Below, piece by piece: positions 48,289 through 57,905 of a stretch of 64,000 nt of DNA. The notes beneath the pieces are model-generated. The model did not search any database. It saw nothing but the letters and a program-made list of their open reading frames with translations, and had not been told where the DNA came from. The translations under genes were made by a program, and so were the position numbers. Position 1 is the stretch's first letter. Each line of letters begins with the position of its first letter. Origin of the DNA: Thermoplasmata archaeon (GTDB lineage Archaea > Thermoplasmatota > Thermoplasmata > GCA-020350865); assembly GCA_020348445.1 (NCBI GenBank), contig CP070751.1, positions 3,875,765-3,939,764 of the forward strand, written 5' to 3'.

Positions 48289-48980
48289 ATTTCATCACCT
48301 ACTATTATTTTCTTACTGTTGGGTCCTTCATTGAATAATAAATCGACTATTGACAAGTTTGTAATAAACTCGCCAAATTGTTGTTTATATTGAGGGTGAT
48401 TAAATTCCTGATATCTTAGGTTTACGGCATTTTCTGCAAATTCTGTATCCTTCATATAGCCCTTACTCCCGATTCCCGAGAGGTAGGTATTTGCTCCCAC
48501 AGCCTTGCAGATATTTATTAAAAGCTCTGTACCATCCCCACTAACCTCAAGATCAGAACTTTTTGCAAATTCACATTTTATGCCCAATATCTTCGTTATG
48601 TTCTCGATCAAATAGATATTCAAATCCGCAAGCTGATCCCAATCACGTTCATAGAGCGCCTCAAAAAATTGTGAATATTCCTGGAAAAAAAGGGCATTTT
48701 TGTAGTTCAAAAGCATGCTCTTCCAATGCTTTTTTCTCCAATTAATATGGTTGTCGATTCTTACCTCGTTTATGTTTTGACCAAAGCGATTCTTTGTAAG
48801 GACTGGCACGGTGAGGTATAATTCTCCATTTGCAGTTTTTATTCTGTTCTTATTGACCAATTGGCCCTTTGGATATTGAACACTATCTAAGAACACGAAT
48901 AGGTCAGAGTGATAAATCTTATGAAAATATCCTAGCCAAGGAATATAATTGGGCTGATGAATTGCTATAACTTTATTCAC
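48285..48980 (-). CDS. WbqC-family protein
   Basis: IAIHQPNY.PW.GYF.K, D.VQY, LTVP, W..KH, YLSG and LS.VDLLFN.G. Confidence 0.93.
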   Translation of the reverse strand: MNKVIAIHQPNYIPWLGYFHKIYHSDLFVFLDSVQYPKGQLVNKNRIKTANGELYLTVPVLTKNRFGQNINEVRIDNHINWRKKHWKSMLLNYKNALFFQEYSQFFEALYERDWDQLADLNIYLIENITKILGIKCEFAKSSDLEVSGDGTELLINICKAVGANTYLSGIGSKGYMKDTEFAENAVNLRYQEFNHPQYKQQFGEFITNLSIVDLLFNEGPNSKKIIVGDEI

Positions 48981-50430
48981 TTAGCTCCTCCTTTATGATT
49001 TGCTCGATTTCGACATTTCTTCGCTCAACAGCTTTTTTGATTATATTTTTTACCATGCTTTTTGTCAAATAGTGATCCAATAATCTGGTTTTCCATCTTG
49101 CATAAGCTGTGAATTCAAATGGCAATATCCTCAATCTATTAACACCAGGAAAATTCCTTTTTATATTGTCCTTTCTAAATGTCAAGCCCGCTATATAGTA
49201 CAAATTCTCTATTTTTGGATTCAATGCATGGCTTAGTGAAAATTTGCTCCAGTCCTGCATATTCTTTGGTGGATCAAATCCCTCTTCAATTGCCATTTTA
49301 TACATGGGAGTTTCCGGATAGGGCGTATATACAAAGAAACTTGCTCTGGCTTTATCATCGACTTTTTTAATCCAATCAGCAAGATCCATGCTCATTTTAA
49401 GTTCTGCTTTTGTCTCTGTGGGTAATCCAGCCATGAACGAATACATGGGACTGATATCTGATTTCGCGATGATTTTTACGGACTTTTTAATTGTTTCCAC
49501 TCCTTCAGCATAATCTTTACAGATAACGTCATTCAGTACTCGTGGGGAACCACTTTCAACTCCCACTTCAAAGCTTTTGCACCCCCCCCATTCCATGGTC
49601 TTAATAATCTCCTTTGATACGCAGTCACAGCTTATCCCGGTATGCCATTCTATTGCACGTTCCCTTAACACTCTTGAAAGCCCCTGGATACGTTTGATTT
49701 TTTTACCTATATTTTCATCACCTAAACTGGCAGTGTTAAAGGACAGTTCACTGAGATACATATTCAATTCTTTCTCGAATTTGTCTATGGGCATGGGTCT
49801 CCATTTGCGTTTATGAAAGGCCTGGACGTAGCAGAATCCGCATCTCCTCCAACATCCCCTCGAGGATAATATCACCATGGAACCACCTTTTACGGCGATT
49901 CGAAAGTATCTTTTTGTTTTATCGTTTAGAGGGAATATCCATCTGTCCGGTTTAATTGGAGGTCTTGGCTGATTTATTATGATATCTCCGTTTTTTTTCC
50001 AGGCCAGGCCATTTATAGTTTGAAAATCGTTTCTATGATTTTTTAAGTAATTCATCAATTCGCAGGCTGTCTCCTCACCTTCTCCTACCACAACATAATC
50101 CACAAACCTTTCCTGTAAGCATTGCCTGGGCAGTAAAGATGGGTGAACTCCGCCAAGGATGGTTTTTATATCAGCATTGTGATTTTTAACCTTTTTTAAG
50201 ACCTCGATCGCTCCCTCTAGTTGATAACCGGTCATAGAAGACACGCCAACGCAAAGAGGATTCTTAGTAAGCGCTTGTGACAAACGGCTTTTGGGATCGA
50301 AACGAAGGTCAATGTACTCGACATCATAACCTGCCCTTTCCAAAGAAGCTCCCACATAGAAAATACTGAAAGCTGGATATATGGAGGGACTATCCTGCGT
50401 AGGTTCCGGATATACAAGTAAACAATCCAT
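48973..50430 (-). CDS. B12-binding radical SAM protein
   Basis: GVSSMTG, GGVH, GEGE, SRGCWRRCGFC and GVESGS. Confidence 0.9.
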   Translation of the reverse strand: MDCLLVYPEPTQDSPSIYPAFSIFYVGASLERAGYDVEYIDLRFDPKSRLSQALTKNPLCVGVSSMTGYQLEGAIEVLKKVKNHNADIKTILGGVHPSLLPRQCLQERFVDYVVVGEGEETACELMNYLKNHRNDFQTINGLAWKKNGDIIINQPRPPIKPDRWIFPLNDKTKRYFRIAVKGGSMVILSSRGCWRRCGFCYVQAFHKRKWRPMPIDKFEKELNMYLSELSFNTASLGDENIGKKIKRIQGLSRVLRERAIEWHTGISCDCVSKEIIKTMEWGGCKSFEVGVESGSPRVLNDVICKDYAEGVETIKKSVKIIAKSDISPMYSFMAGLPTETKAELKMSMDLADWIKKVDDKARASFFVYTPYPETPMYKMAIEEGFDPPKNMQDWSKFSLSHALNPKIENLYYIAGLTFRKDNIKRNFPGVNRLRILPFEFTAYARWKTRLLDHYLTKSMVKNIIKKAVERRNVEIEQIIKEELSE

Positions 50431-50572
50431 ATTATCTCCTTTTTACAGAGGGGACTTTTAATAACATTGCATACGGCCCTGAGGTTTGTTTTACATATTA
50501 ATTTTTATCAAATTCTGATGAATATGAATTATCATCCATGCAAATATTGCCATAATTTTATATGAACTTCTT

Positions 50573-50605
50573 ATACGCAATCCCCTTTTTTCTAATAAAA
50601 GTTAC
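50573..50605. repeat. 33-bp direct repeat, copy 1 (copy 2 at 53549-53581); likely shared promoter element
   Basis: ATACGCAATCCCCTTTTTTCTAATAAAAGTTAC vs ATACGCAATTCACTTTTTTCTAATAAAAGTTAC, 31/33 identical; contains TTTTATTA on the minus strand. Confidence 0.7.
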
Positions 50606-50784
50606 CCCTTAGTTATCTTGATACAAAAGTAGTGACTTTTTTCGATATGTCGGTTAAACATTTGGCAATAGATATTAATATTTTCTGCAATAATCTTAAT
50701 ACGGCATTTTTTTCTCGATGGTTCCTATAGTAATTTATTTAAGTTGTTTTCGCATTTTACTCGATATTCATAGTGAAATAGAAT

Positions 50785-51618
50785 ATGGTCGATTTTATGG
50801 GTAAATCCGATATTTTGATATTTGCCCCTCATCCCGATGATGAGGCATTGGGCTGTGCAGGTCTGATATATTCCTCAATTAAGAAAAATAAGAAGGTTAA
50901 GGTCGTAGTGGTGGCAAACGGTGAATCCAGTGTCGACGGAACTGAAAGGTATTACGGCCATAAACCAGAAACCCAGGATTTCATTAATATTGGGTATGTA
51001 AGACAAAAAGAATCTGTCTCAGCAATGAAAGTTCTGGGCCTTTCTTCTGAAGATGTGATATTTTTAGGATACCCAAACGATGGTCTTATGGAAATGCTCT
51101 CCTCTGATAAATACGACAAAGAATCACCCTATAAATCCGAATTTACGCATTTTGATCGGGTTTCATACGAAAATTCTTATAGCATGGGTGCACCATTCTG
51201 CAAAGAGAGTTTCTATTCTGACATCAAAAGCATTTTCAATGAGTGTAGACCCAGGGAAGTTTATGTAACACATCCACTAGACAGCCATTTTGACCATCAG
51301 GCATGCGGCAGATACATTAGCTCTTATGTAAAACAACTTGATAATTCGATACGCGTCCTTTGCTATGTCATCTCCCCATCGAAAATTCCGTCCCCCAAAC
51401 AAAGCCTTGTGTACAAATTAGCTGGGCAAATGACAGAAAGACATCTTGATAAAACCGCAAAAGAAATGAAAAAAAGATTTATGGACGAATACAAATCTCA
51501 GAGTTATTTATTTGATCAAGTGGCATTTCATTTTAACGTTGAAAGATATTGGAAGCTTAAGCGCGGTGTAAGGGCAAAAATCGCGAAAAAAATATTTCCA
51601 AATTTAAGATTCTTATAA
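50785..51618 (+). CDS. PIG-L family deacetylase
   Basis: APHPDDE, R..ES..A, LGYP.D and D.H.DH motifs. Confidence 0.92.
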   Translation: MVDFMGKSDILIFAPHPDDEALGCAGLIYSSIKKNKKVKVVVVANGESSVDGTERYYGHKPETQDFINIGYVRQKESVSAMKVLGLSSEDVIFLGYPNDGLMEMLSSDKYDKESPYKSEFTHFDRVSYENSYSMGAPFCKESFYSDIKSIFNECRPREVYVTHPLDSHFDHQACGRYISSYVKQLDNSIRVLCYVISPSKIPSPKQSLVYKLAGQMTERHLDKTAKEMKKRFMDEYKSQSYLFDQVAFHFNVERYWKLKRGVRAKIAKKIFPNLRFL

Positions 51619-51623
51619 TATAA

Positions 51624-52778
51624 TCATTTGGTCGATTTTCTTTCGAACTGCTTGATCGCTTTTTTTAGAACCTTTTCATATTCCATTGCTTTCTTTTCCC
51701 ATGTAAAATCCTTGGCCCATTTTATTCCTTTTTCAGATAATTGGTTTCTTTTTTCAGAATCAGTAAGCAGCCTTCCCAAAGTATCGACCCATAAGTCTAT
51801 ATCTTCAGGTGGAAGAAGAACAGCATTTTCTCCTGTTGACTCCCTTAATCCAGGGATATCAGAAGCAACGACTGGCAATCCACAGGCCATGGCCTCGATT
51901 GAAACCAAAGGAAATACCTCGCTTTTTGTTGGAAACATTAAAAGCGTGGCAGAACGATAGTATTTGAACACATCATTGTAAGGAAGAGAACCTGTGAGCT
52001 GGATCTTATCTTCAAGTTTATACATATTTATCTTCTCTTTTAATTCTCCCAAGATATCGCCCTCTCCCACAATGGTCAATCTCAGGTTGGGAAACTGTTT
52101 TACCAATCTTCTAAATATCTCGATCAATTCAAAAACCCCTTTTGTCCTCTGCAATCTTCCCACAAAAAGTAAAGAAAGCTGTTCACCCTCTTTTTTCGCT
52201 TTTATATTTTCAATATCAGGGAGGATATGGGAGGGTATACCAGGAGTGACAACATCTTCGATAGTAAAACCATGGGCATTGGAGATAAGGGACTGTGTAT
52301 TTCGACTTACTGCGGCATACAGTGTGGATTTGTCTGCATTAAAATATTCCTTTGAGTACGGGCCTCCGAGAATGTGAAAGACTGATGGGACACCAAGCTT
52401 AAATGCCAGGTTTGAGAACAATCTGCTGTCCACCCAGTAATGTGTGGATATAACATCCATGTCTTTGATTCTTCTCTTTATTTTAGGTCTTAAAAGTAAA
52501 TTATAATAGAAACTGTATGCCTCTGTTCTATAAGGTGTTAAGCGACGCACGAGTTTGGATGCAAGTCTATTCATAGGTGTGAACCTAAGCCAAAAGGGCA
52601 CAGTTACAACCTCATACGGGCCATCCATAAGCACCTTAAGCGTGGATTTGTGCCGAGTTCTTCCCGTGAATATCGTAACTTCATGTTTTTTGCCTAAATA
52701 TCTAGCAAATTGATGGACTATGGTTTCCGTGCCCCCTGTGATGGTGCCTGCTGAAGGACTTATGAAGCATATTTTCAT
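51624..52778 (-). CDS. Glycosyltransferase family 4
   Basis: GGTE, FVGRL...KG and E.FPLV.IEAMACG.PVV; close paralog of 53611-54756. Confidence 0.93.
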   Translation of the reverse strand: MKICFISPSAGTITGGTETIVHQFARYLGKKHEVTIFTGRTRHKSTLKVLMDGPYEVVTVPFWLRFTPMNRLASKLVRRLTPYRTEAYSFYYNLLLRPKIKRRIKDMDVISTHYWVDSRLFSNLAFKLGVPSVFHILGGPYSKEYFNADKSTLYAAVSRNTQSLISNAHGFTIEDVVTPGIPSHILPDIENIKAKKEGEQLSLLFVGRLQRTKGVFELIEIFRRLVKQFPNLRLTIVGEGDILGELKEKINMYKLEDKIQLTGSLPYNDVFKYYRSATLLMFPTKSEVFPLVSIEAMACGLPVVASDIPGLRESTGENAVLLPPEDIDLWVDTLGRLLTDSEKRNQLSEKGIKWAKDFTWEKKAMEYEKVLKKAIKQFERKSTK

Positions 52779-52850
52779 ATCAAATTCTCCAAGTCCACCG
52801 TAGAAATCACGCTCCCTTCACTTAATTAAATAATTGTAACTATCATTTCT

Positions 52851-53561
52851 TTAGTTGATCTTCTCCTTTATTCCATATACGAAGAATTTATCCCATTCAT
52901 GTAAAGGTAGTTCTGTTCCATCAGCTGTGGAGAAAGCTGACATTTTAATGATTTTAATGCCTAGCGATTCAAGGAATTTACTGATCTCTTTGGGTACATA
53001 GCTTCTCGTATTAAGGCGAGCTTCACTATCTGTGAGATATTCATATTCATAATGTCCTTTATAATTTCTGTCGATAGTTGTAAAAAATAACTGGCCGCCT
53101 TGATCTAATATGCGAACCATTTCGCTTAAGGCATCTTCCCATGAACCATCAAAATTTTGCAATACAGCAATCGAGATAATACAATCCATACTGTTGCTTT
53201 TGAATGGGAGCCTTATGATGTCACCCAAAAAGAACTCAGCAGGAAGATTTTTTTGTCTTGCAACTTTCACCATGTTTGGTGATGGGTCAATCCCGAACAT
53301 ATTAATATTACCGTAATTCTCGCTTAAGAACTCTTCAAAATTACCTACTCCACACCCAACATCAACCATGCTCATATTTTCTTTGATCTCGATATTTGAA
53401 AGGCAAATATTATATCTATATGACATGCTCTTTTTGGATGAATATCCCACTTTTTCGTGATCATTATTAAAAGATTTGGCTCTTTCATCAAACCATTTAG
53501 TCCATTGCATTTTTTCACCATCTTGCATATTATAGCATAAAGAACTACATACGCAATTCAC
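52851..53561 (-). CDS. Class I SAM-dependent methyltransferase (start probably ATG 53510)
   Basis: VDVGCGVG, GIDPS and LPF..NS.D. Confidence 0.88.
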   Translation of the reverse strand: MNCVCSSLCYNMQDGEKMQWTKWFDERAKSFNNDHEKVGYSSKKSMSYRYNICLSNIEIKENMSMVDVGCGVGNFEEFLSENYGNINMFGIDPSPNMVKVARQKNLPAEFFLGDIIRLPFKSNSMDCIISIAVLQNFDGSWEDALSEMVRILDQGGQLFFTTIDRNYKGHYEYEYLTDSEARLNTRSYVPKEISKFLESLGIKIIKMSAFSTADGTELPLHEWDKFFVYGIKEKIN

Positions 53562-53610
53562 TTTTTTCTAATAAAAGTTACTACTTTATTTTTCTAATTG
53601 AGATAAAAAC

Positions 53611-54756
53611 TCATTTGCCAGGGCCTTTTTTGAAGATATCTATAGCCTTTTGCAGTGCTTTTTCATACTCCTCTGCCTTCTTTTCCCAGGTAAAATCCCT
53701 TGCCCATTTTATTCCATTTGCGGACAGATTGCTTCTCTGTTTTTCATCTTTAAGTAGTTTACCTATGGTATCAATCCATAAATCTACATTCTCAGGTGGA
53801 AGGAGGACAGCATTTCCTCCTGTTGAGTCTTTTAAACCGGGAATATCTGAGGCCACGACTGGTAATCCACAAGCCATTGCTTCCAGGGGTACAATACCGA
53901 AAGTCTCGCTTTTGGATGGGAAAATGAACAACGTAGAATCAAAATAATATTCAAATATTTTATCATATGGAACCTGGCCTGTGAAAATTATTTTTTTATG
54001 CAATCCGCGCGATTTCGCCAATTCTTTGAGTTTTCCCATGATGTCTCCATCGCCCACGATCGTTAAACTTAAATTCGAACTTGTCTCGGATAATTTGGAA
54101 AATATATCGATTAATTCAATTAATCCCTTTGTTTCCTGTAGTCTTCCCACAAATAGTAACCTTTTTTCTTGTTCACCCCTCTCTTTTTGCTGATGGGAAA
54201 ACAACCATGAGGGGATACCAGGAGTGACCACATCTTCTATTTTGAAATCATGGGCATCATTTATGATTTTCTGAGTGTATCCACTTGTTGCTACATATAA
54301 GGTAGATCTATCAACATTTAAGAGAGCTTTCGGATAAGGGCCTCCAAGAATGTGAAAAACAGACGGCACATCGAGCTTGAATGCGAGATTGGAGAACAAC
54401 CTGCTGTCCAACCAATAATGGGTGGATATAACGTCCATATCCTTGATCCTCTTTTTTATTTTCGATCTCAGAAATACATTGTAATAGAAGCTAAATGATT
54501 CGGATTTATAGGGTGTTAGGCGGCGAGAAAGCTTGGTTGCAAAATTATTCATGGGCGTGAACCTAGGCCAAAATGGAACAGTTAAAACCTCGTATGAACC
54601 TTTTTTAAGGTTGTTCTGCATGGTTTTATGCCGGCTTCTTCCAGTTAAAACCGTTACCTCATTTTTCTTACTCAATTGCTCTGCAAATTGATGGACTATG
54701 GTTTCCGTCCCTCCTGTGATGGTTCCAACAGATGGGCTTACAAAGCATATCTTCAT
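53611..54756 (-). CDS. Glycosyltransferase family 4
   Basis: GGTE, FVGRL...KG and ETFG.V.LEAMACG.PVV. Confidence 0.93.
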   Translation of the reverse strand: MKICFVSPSVGTITGGTETIVHQFAEQLSKKNEVTVLTGRSRHKTMQNNLKKGSYEVLTVPFWPRFTPMNNFATKLSRRLTPYKSESFSFYYNVFLRSKIKKRIKDMDVISTHYWLDSRLFSNLAFKLDVPSVFHILGGPYPKALLNVDRSTLYVATSGYTQKIINDAHDFKIEDVVTPGIPSWLFSHQQKERGEQEKRLLFVGRLQETKGLIELIDIFSKLSETSSNLSLTIVGDGDIMGKLKELAKSRGLHKKIIFTGQVPYDKIFEYYFDSTLFIFPSKSETFGIVPLEAMACGLPVVASDIPGLKDSTGGNAVLLPPENVDLWIDTIGKLLKDEKQRSNLSANGIKWARDFTWEKKAEEYEKALQKAIDIFKKGPGK

Positions 54757-56402
54757 TTTTTATCCTCCGAATCCATCTGTGAATTACCATTGTTTTTTCC
54801 CCAAAATTTCAATCGTGCTTTTATCCTGTTGAATATATGCTTTATCTCACCTTTTTCTTTGGTATCAAGGCCCTTGAAATAGAACAGTAGAAGATATAAA
54901 CAACATCCAAATCCAAAATACAGGACAATTTCCACTGAATCCTTTATAAGACCGAATAGTGTGGTGTGGGTTCCAATTATATATGGGGGGCGCAGTAATA
55001 TCGCCCCGTACATTGCCAACGATACTATCCCTGCAAAGGGAAATGTCTTGGCAAATACCTGTTTTGCATAGTCCCCCCATTTAATATCAAGAACTTTAAA
55101 AACATGCGCAAGGAACAGAACCTCCAAGAGTACAAATGGGATGGTGGTTCCCAAAGCTACACCAGTAAGACCATAACCTTGCTGCACAAGAAAGACGCTG
55201 AGACATAGGTTCAAAAGAGCCACAATACCATAATATCTCACGAACTTTTTTATCCTGTTCATGCCGATAAGTATCTGGGTGGCAACGTAATTGTTAAAAT
55301 CGAAAAAAATGGAAATCATCAAAATCTGAACAATTATGTAATATTGACCGTACTCGTCTCCCATCCATATCGTTAACATTCCCTCAGAGAGAAAAAACAA
55401 TGGTACACCCAAAGCGAGACTCAGAGCAAGTACGTATTTAGTTCCTCTTAAAAACAGCCTTCTTAGAGCTGGGAGGTTGTCCGTTGCCTCCAACTCCGAT
55501 GCTGCGGGAATTACGGCGTATAATCCTATTTCCGGTATTCTGGTTGGTATACCATAAAGTTTCCATGCTGCCTGATAAAATGTTAATAAGGTTACATCCA
55601 CCAGTAATCCAATCACCAACCTATCCGTGTAATATATAACCATTATAAAGACAGAGAGAAGAAATACGCTCATACTGAGATCCATTAGAACCTTGATCAT
55701 ATCACGTTTCACATATGAAAATTTGATGGTAACATGGGGTAATAATTTTTGAACAAACCAGGCAGTTAGAATAAATCCAATCAACCCAACACAGGAGGTA
55801 TAAAATACCAACTCAACCACACCCATTCCCATAGACAGCACAAGAACAACAACGACAACGTTTACAATGGACATAATGAAAGTTATCATTGCTAAAATAT
55901 CATATCTCTGAAGACCCGCTAAAATACCCTTAAGCGATGCAAGGGATAGGCTGAACATGAAGATTGCACCTAGGATATAGATTATGGCTCTTGCCTTGGG
56001 GTAAAAATCAGGTGCATCTAACGCAGGAAATGTTCCAGATAGGAATTCCAATAAAAAAGTACCAATTAAAAAAATAATCAATGCACTTGCGATGCCAATA
56101 AAAAGGAATATAAAAAACGAGGTGTTGATAACCTCATTAAGCTTTTCTTTATCATCCTCGGCATGATATTGAGCCACGAATTTTACAAGTGAGTTGCCTA
56201 TTCCCAGGTCTAAAATCCCGAAATAACCTGTTATCGCCGTGATAAATAAATATATCCCATATTCTGTCTCCCCAATATTCCCTACAATATACCAAAACAA
56301 AACAAATGTTAGGGCAAAACCCCAGAAGCGAATTGCGTAATTCACGATGGTATTTCTAATCAACTTACTTTTAACGCTCAAGTTTTTAACCCCGCAATTC
56401 AC
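54753..56402 (-). CDS. Wzx/MOP-family oligosaccharide flippase
   Basis: 12-14 TM helices, DLG......KFVA and Y.D..VIG motifs. Confidence 0.88.
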   Translation of the reverse strand: MNCGVKNLSVKSKLIRNTIVNYAIRFWGFALTFVLFWYIVGNIGETEYGIYLFITAITGYFGILDLGIGNSLVKFVAQYHAEDDKEKLNEVINTSFFIFLFIGIASALIIFLIGTFLLEFLSGTFPALDAPDFYPKARAIIYILGAIFMFSLSLASLKGILAGLQRYDILAMITFIMSIVNVVVVVLVLSMGMGVVELVFYTSCVGLIGFILTAWFVQKLLPHVTIKFSYVKRDMIKVLMDLSMSVFLLSVFIMVIYYTDRLVIGLLVDVTLLTFYQAAWKLYGIPTRIPEIGLYAVIPAASELEATDNLPALRRLFLRGTKYVLALSLALGVPLFFLSEGMLTIWMGDEYGQYYIIVQILMISIFFDFNNYVATQILIGMNRIKKFVRYYGIVALLNLCLSVFLVQQGYGLTGVALGTTIPFVLLEVLFLAHVFKVLDIKWGDYAKQVFAKTFPFAGIVSLAMYGAILLRPPYIIGTHTTLFGLIKDSVEIVLYFGFGCCLYLLLFYFKGLDTKEKGEIKHIFNRIKARLKFWGKNNGNSQMDSEDKK

Positions 56403-56633
56403 ACATCAGGTTAATAACCTCATATTATTAGCAGATTACAGGATATTCTGGTACCTTATCAATGTTTTGAGGTAGAGAACGATTATTTATACCATATAAA
56501 ACAGTTATTTTCCTATGATTAATAGGGGAAAGGTCCAAAATGTGAATTTAAAGATACCTCCTATGGAAAACTTTACTTTCCAAGTAAGACATATCCCTTT
56601 GAATTTATATTTATTACAATAAAACATCGGGAT

Positions 56634-57092
56634 TTGGTGAATAATATGGAATTACTATCCAAATACCATGTAATAAAAGACGCCGAGATAGGTGAAGGAA
56701 CCATAGTAAGGCATTACGTCAATCTATATGGCTGTAAAATCGGAAAAAACTGCAAAATAGCCTCCTTTGTTGAGATTCAAAAGAATGTTGAAATCGGTAA
56801 TAACTGCAAAATCGAAGCCTTTGCATATATGCCAACTGGAGTAACTATTGAGGATGAAGTGTTCGTAGGGCCACATGCGTGTTTTACAAATGATAAGAAA
56901 CCAAGCGCAAAAGGGGATTGGGAGGTTATGCCCACGCTCGTTAAAAAAGGTGCATCCATAGGAGCCAATGCCGTGATTTTGTGTGGAGTTACCATAGGGG
57001 AGAACGCCATAATTGGTGCAGGCAGCGTGGTAACAAAGGATGTTCCACCAAATACAGTAGTGGTGGGCAATCCCGCTAGACCTATTAAATAA
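56634..57092 (+). CDS. Hexapeptide-repeat sugar N-acyltransferase (WbpD-like)
   Basis: IG.NCKI repeats, GVTIED.VFVGP...[12 protein letters not shown] and GAGSVVT..VP. Confidence 0.9.
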   Translation: MVNNMELLSKYHVIKDAEIGEGTIVRHYVNLYGCKIGKNCKIASFVEIQKNVEIGNNCKIEAFAYMPTGVTIEDEVFVGPHACFTNDKKPSAKGDWEVMPTLVKKGASIGANAVILCGVTIGENAIIGAGSVVTKDVPPNTVVVGNPARPIK

Positions 57093-57135
57093 AAAGAATG
57101 GAAAATTATCATTTTGAAAAAAAGGAGGTGCTATA

Positions 57136-57594
57136 ATGCAAGCAACAATAGAAACCAATAGAGGTATGATATTACTGGAACTGTTTGATAAGGACACCCC
57201 AAAAACGGTGGAGAACTTCGTGAAGCTGGCAAAAGGTGGATTTTACGACGGTCTTAAATTCCACCGCGTGATCGCCGATTTCATGATCCAGACCGGTTGT
57301 CCAAAGGGAGATGGAACAGGGGGACCTGGATATCAGTCGGATTGTGAGATCATGCCCCACCTGAAACATGAACCTGGCACCCTGTCCATGGCACATGCAG
57401 GGACCTGCGAGCACAGTGGCTCTGGTGAAAAAATATCGGGTCGATGCTCCAATGGGTCGCAGTTCTTCATAACCCATGTTGCCACACCCTGGCTTGATGG
57501 TAAGCACACAGTGTTCGGGCGTGTTTTGGAGGGCAAGGACGTGGTGGACAGTATCAAGCAGGGTGACACGATTCAGAAGGTTACAATACAATGA
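57136..57594 (+). CDS. Cyclophilin-type peptidyl-prolyl cis-trans isomerase
   Basis: TP.TV.NF, FHRVI..FMIQ.G, LSMAH, GSQFFIT and [10 protein letters not shown]. Confidence 0.95.
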   Translation: MQATIETNRGMILLELFDKDTPKTVENFVKLAKGGFYDGLKFHRVIADFMIQTGCPKGDGTGGPGYQSDCEIMPHLKHEPGTLSMAHAGTCEHSGSGEKISGRCSNGSQFFITHVATPWLDGKHTVFGRVLEGKDVVDSIKQGDTIQKVTIQ

Positions 57595-57633
57595 TAATTG
57601 GTACCAATAAGCATCTTATTGATATCCGATTTT

Positions 57634-57782
57634 GTGGAGCCAGCGGGTGTTCGAGATTAAGAACTCGTTAACGTCCAAACATAACTCGAACACGAGCTGG
57701 GTCCACGAATGACACAGCGGGATGTTTGAGCTTAAGAATCCTATGATGTCCAAGTATAACTCGAACATCAAGCTGGGTCCAC
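57634..57782. repeat. Two downstream hairpin modules of tRNA-Ala(CGC)
   Basis: Inverted copies GCTGGGTCCAC at 57696-706 and 57772-82; inner stems GTGTTCGAG/CTCGAACAC and GATGTTTGAG/CTCGAACATC; cores ATTAAGAACTCGTTAACGTCCAAACATAAC and CTTAAGAATCCTATGATGTCCAAGTATAAC. Confidence 0.88.
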
Positions 57783-57807
57783 GGATTAATTCTATATAAA
57801 AAATAAG

Positions 57808-57881
57808 TGGACCCAGCGGGATTTGAACCCACGGCCTCTGCCTTGCGAAGGCAGCGATCTTCCAGTCTGATCTATGGGCCC
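57808..57881 (-). tRNA. tRNA-Ala(CGC)
   Basis: GGGCCCA/TGGGTCC acceptor with G3-U70; CTGCC-TTCGCAA-GGCAG anticodon arm; TTCAAAT T loop; A73. Confidence 0.95.
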
Positions 57882-57905
57882 GAATGATATTGATGTTTCA
57901 TCTGA

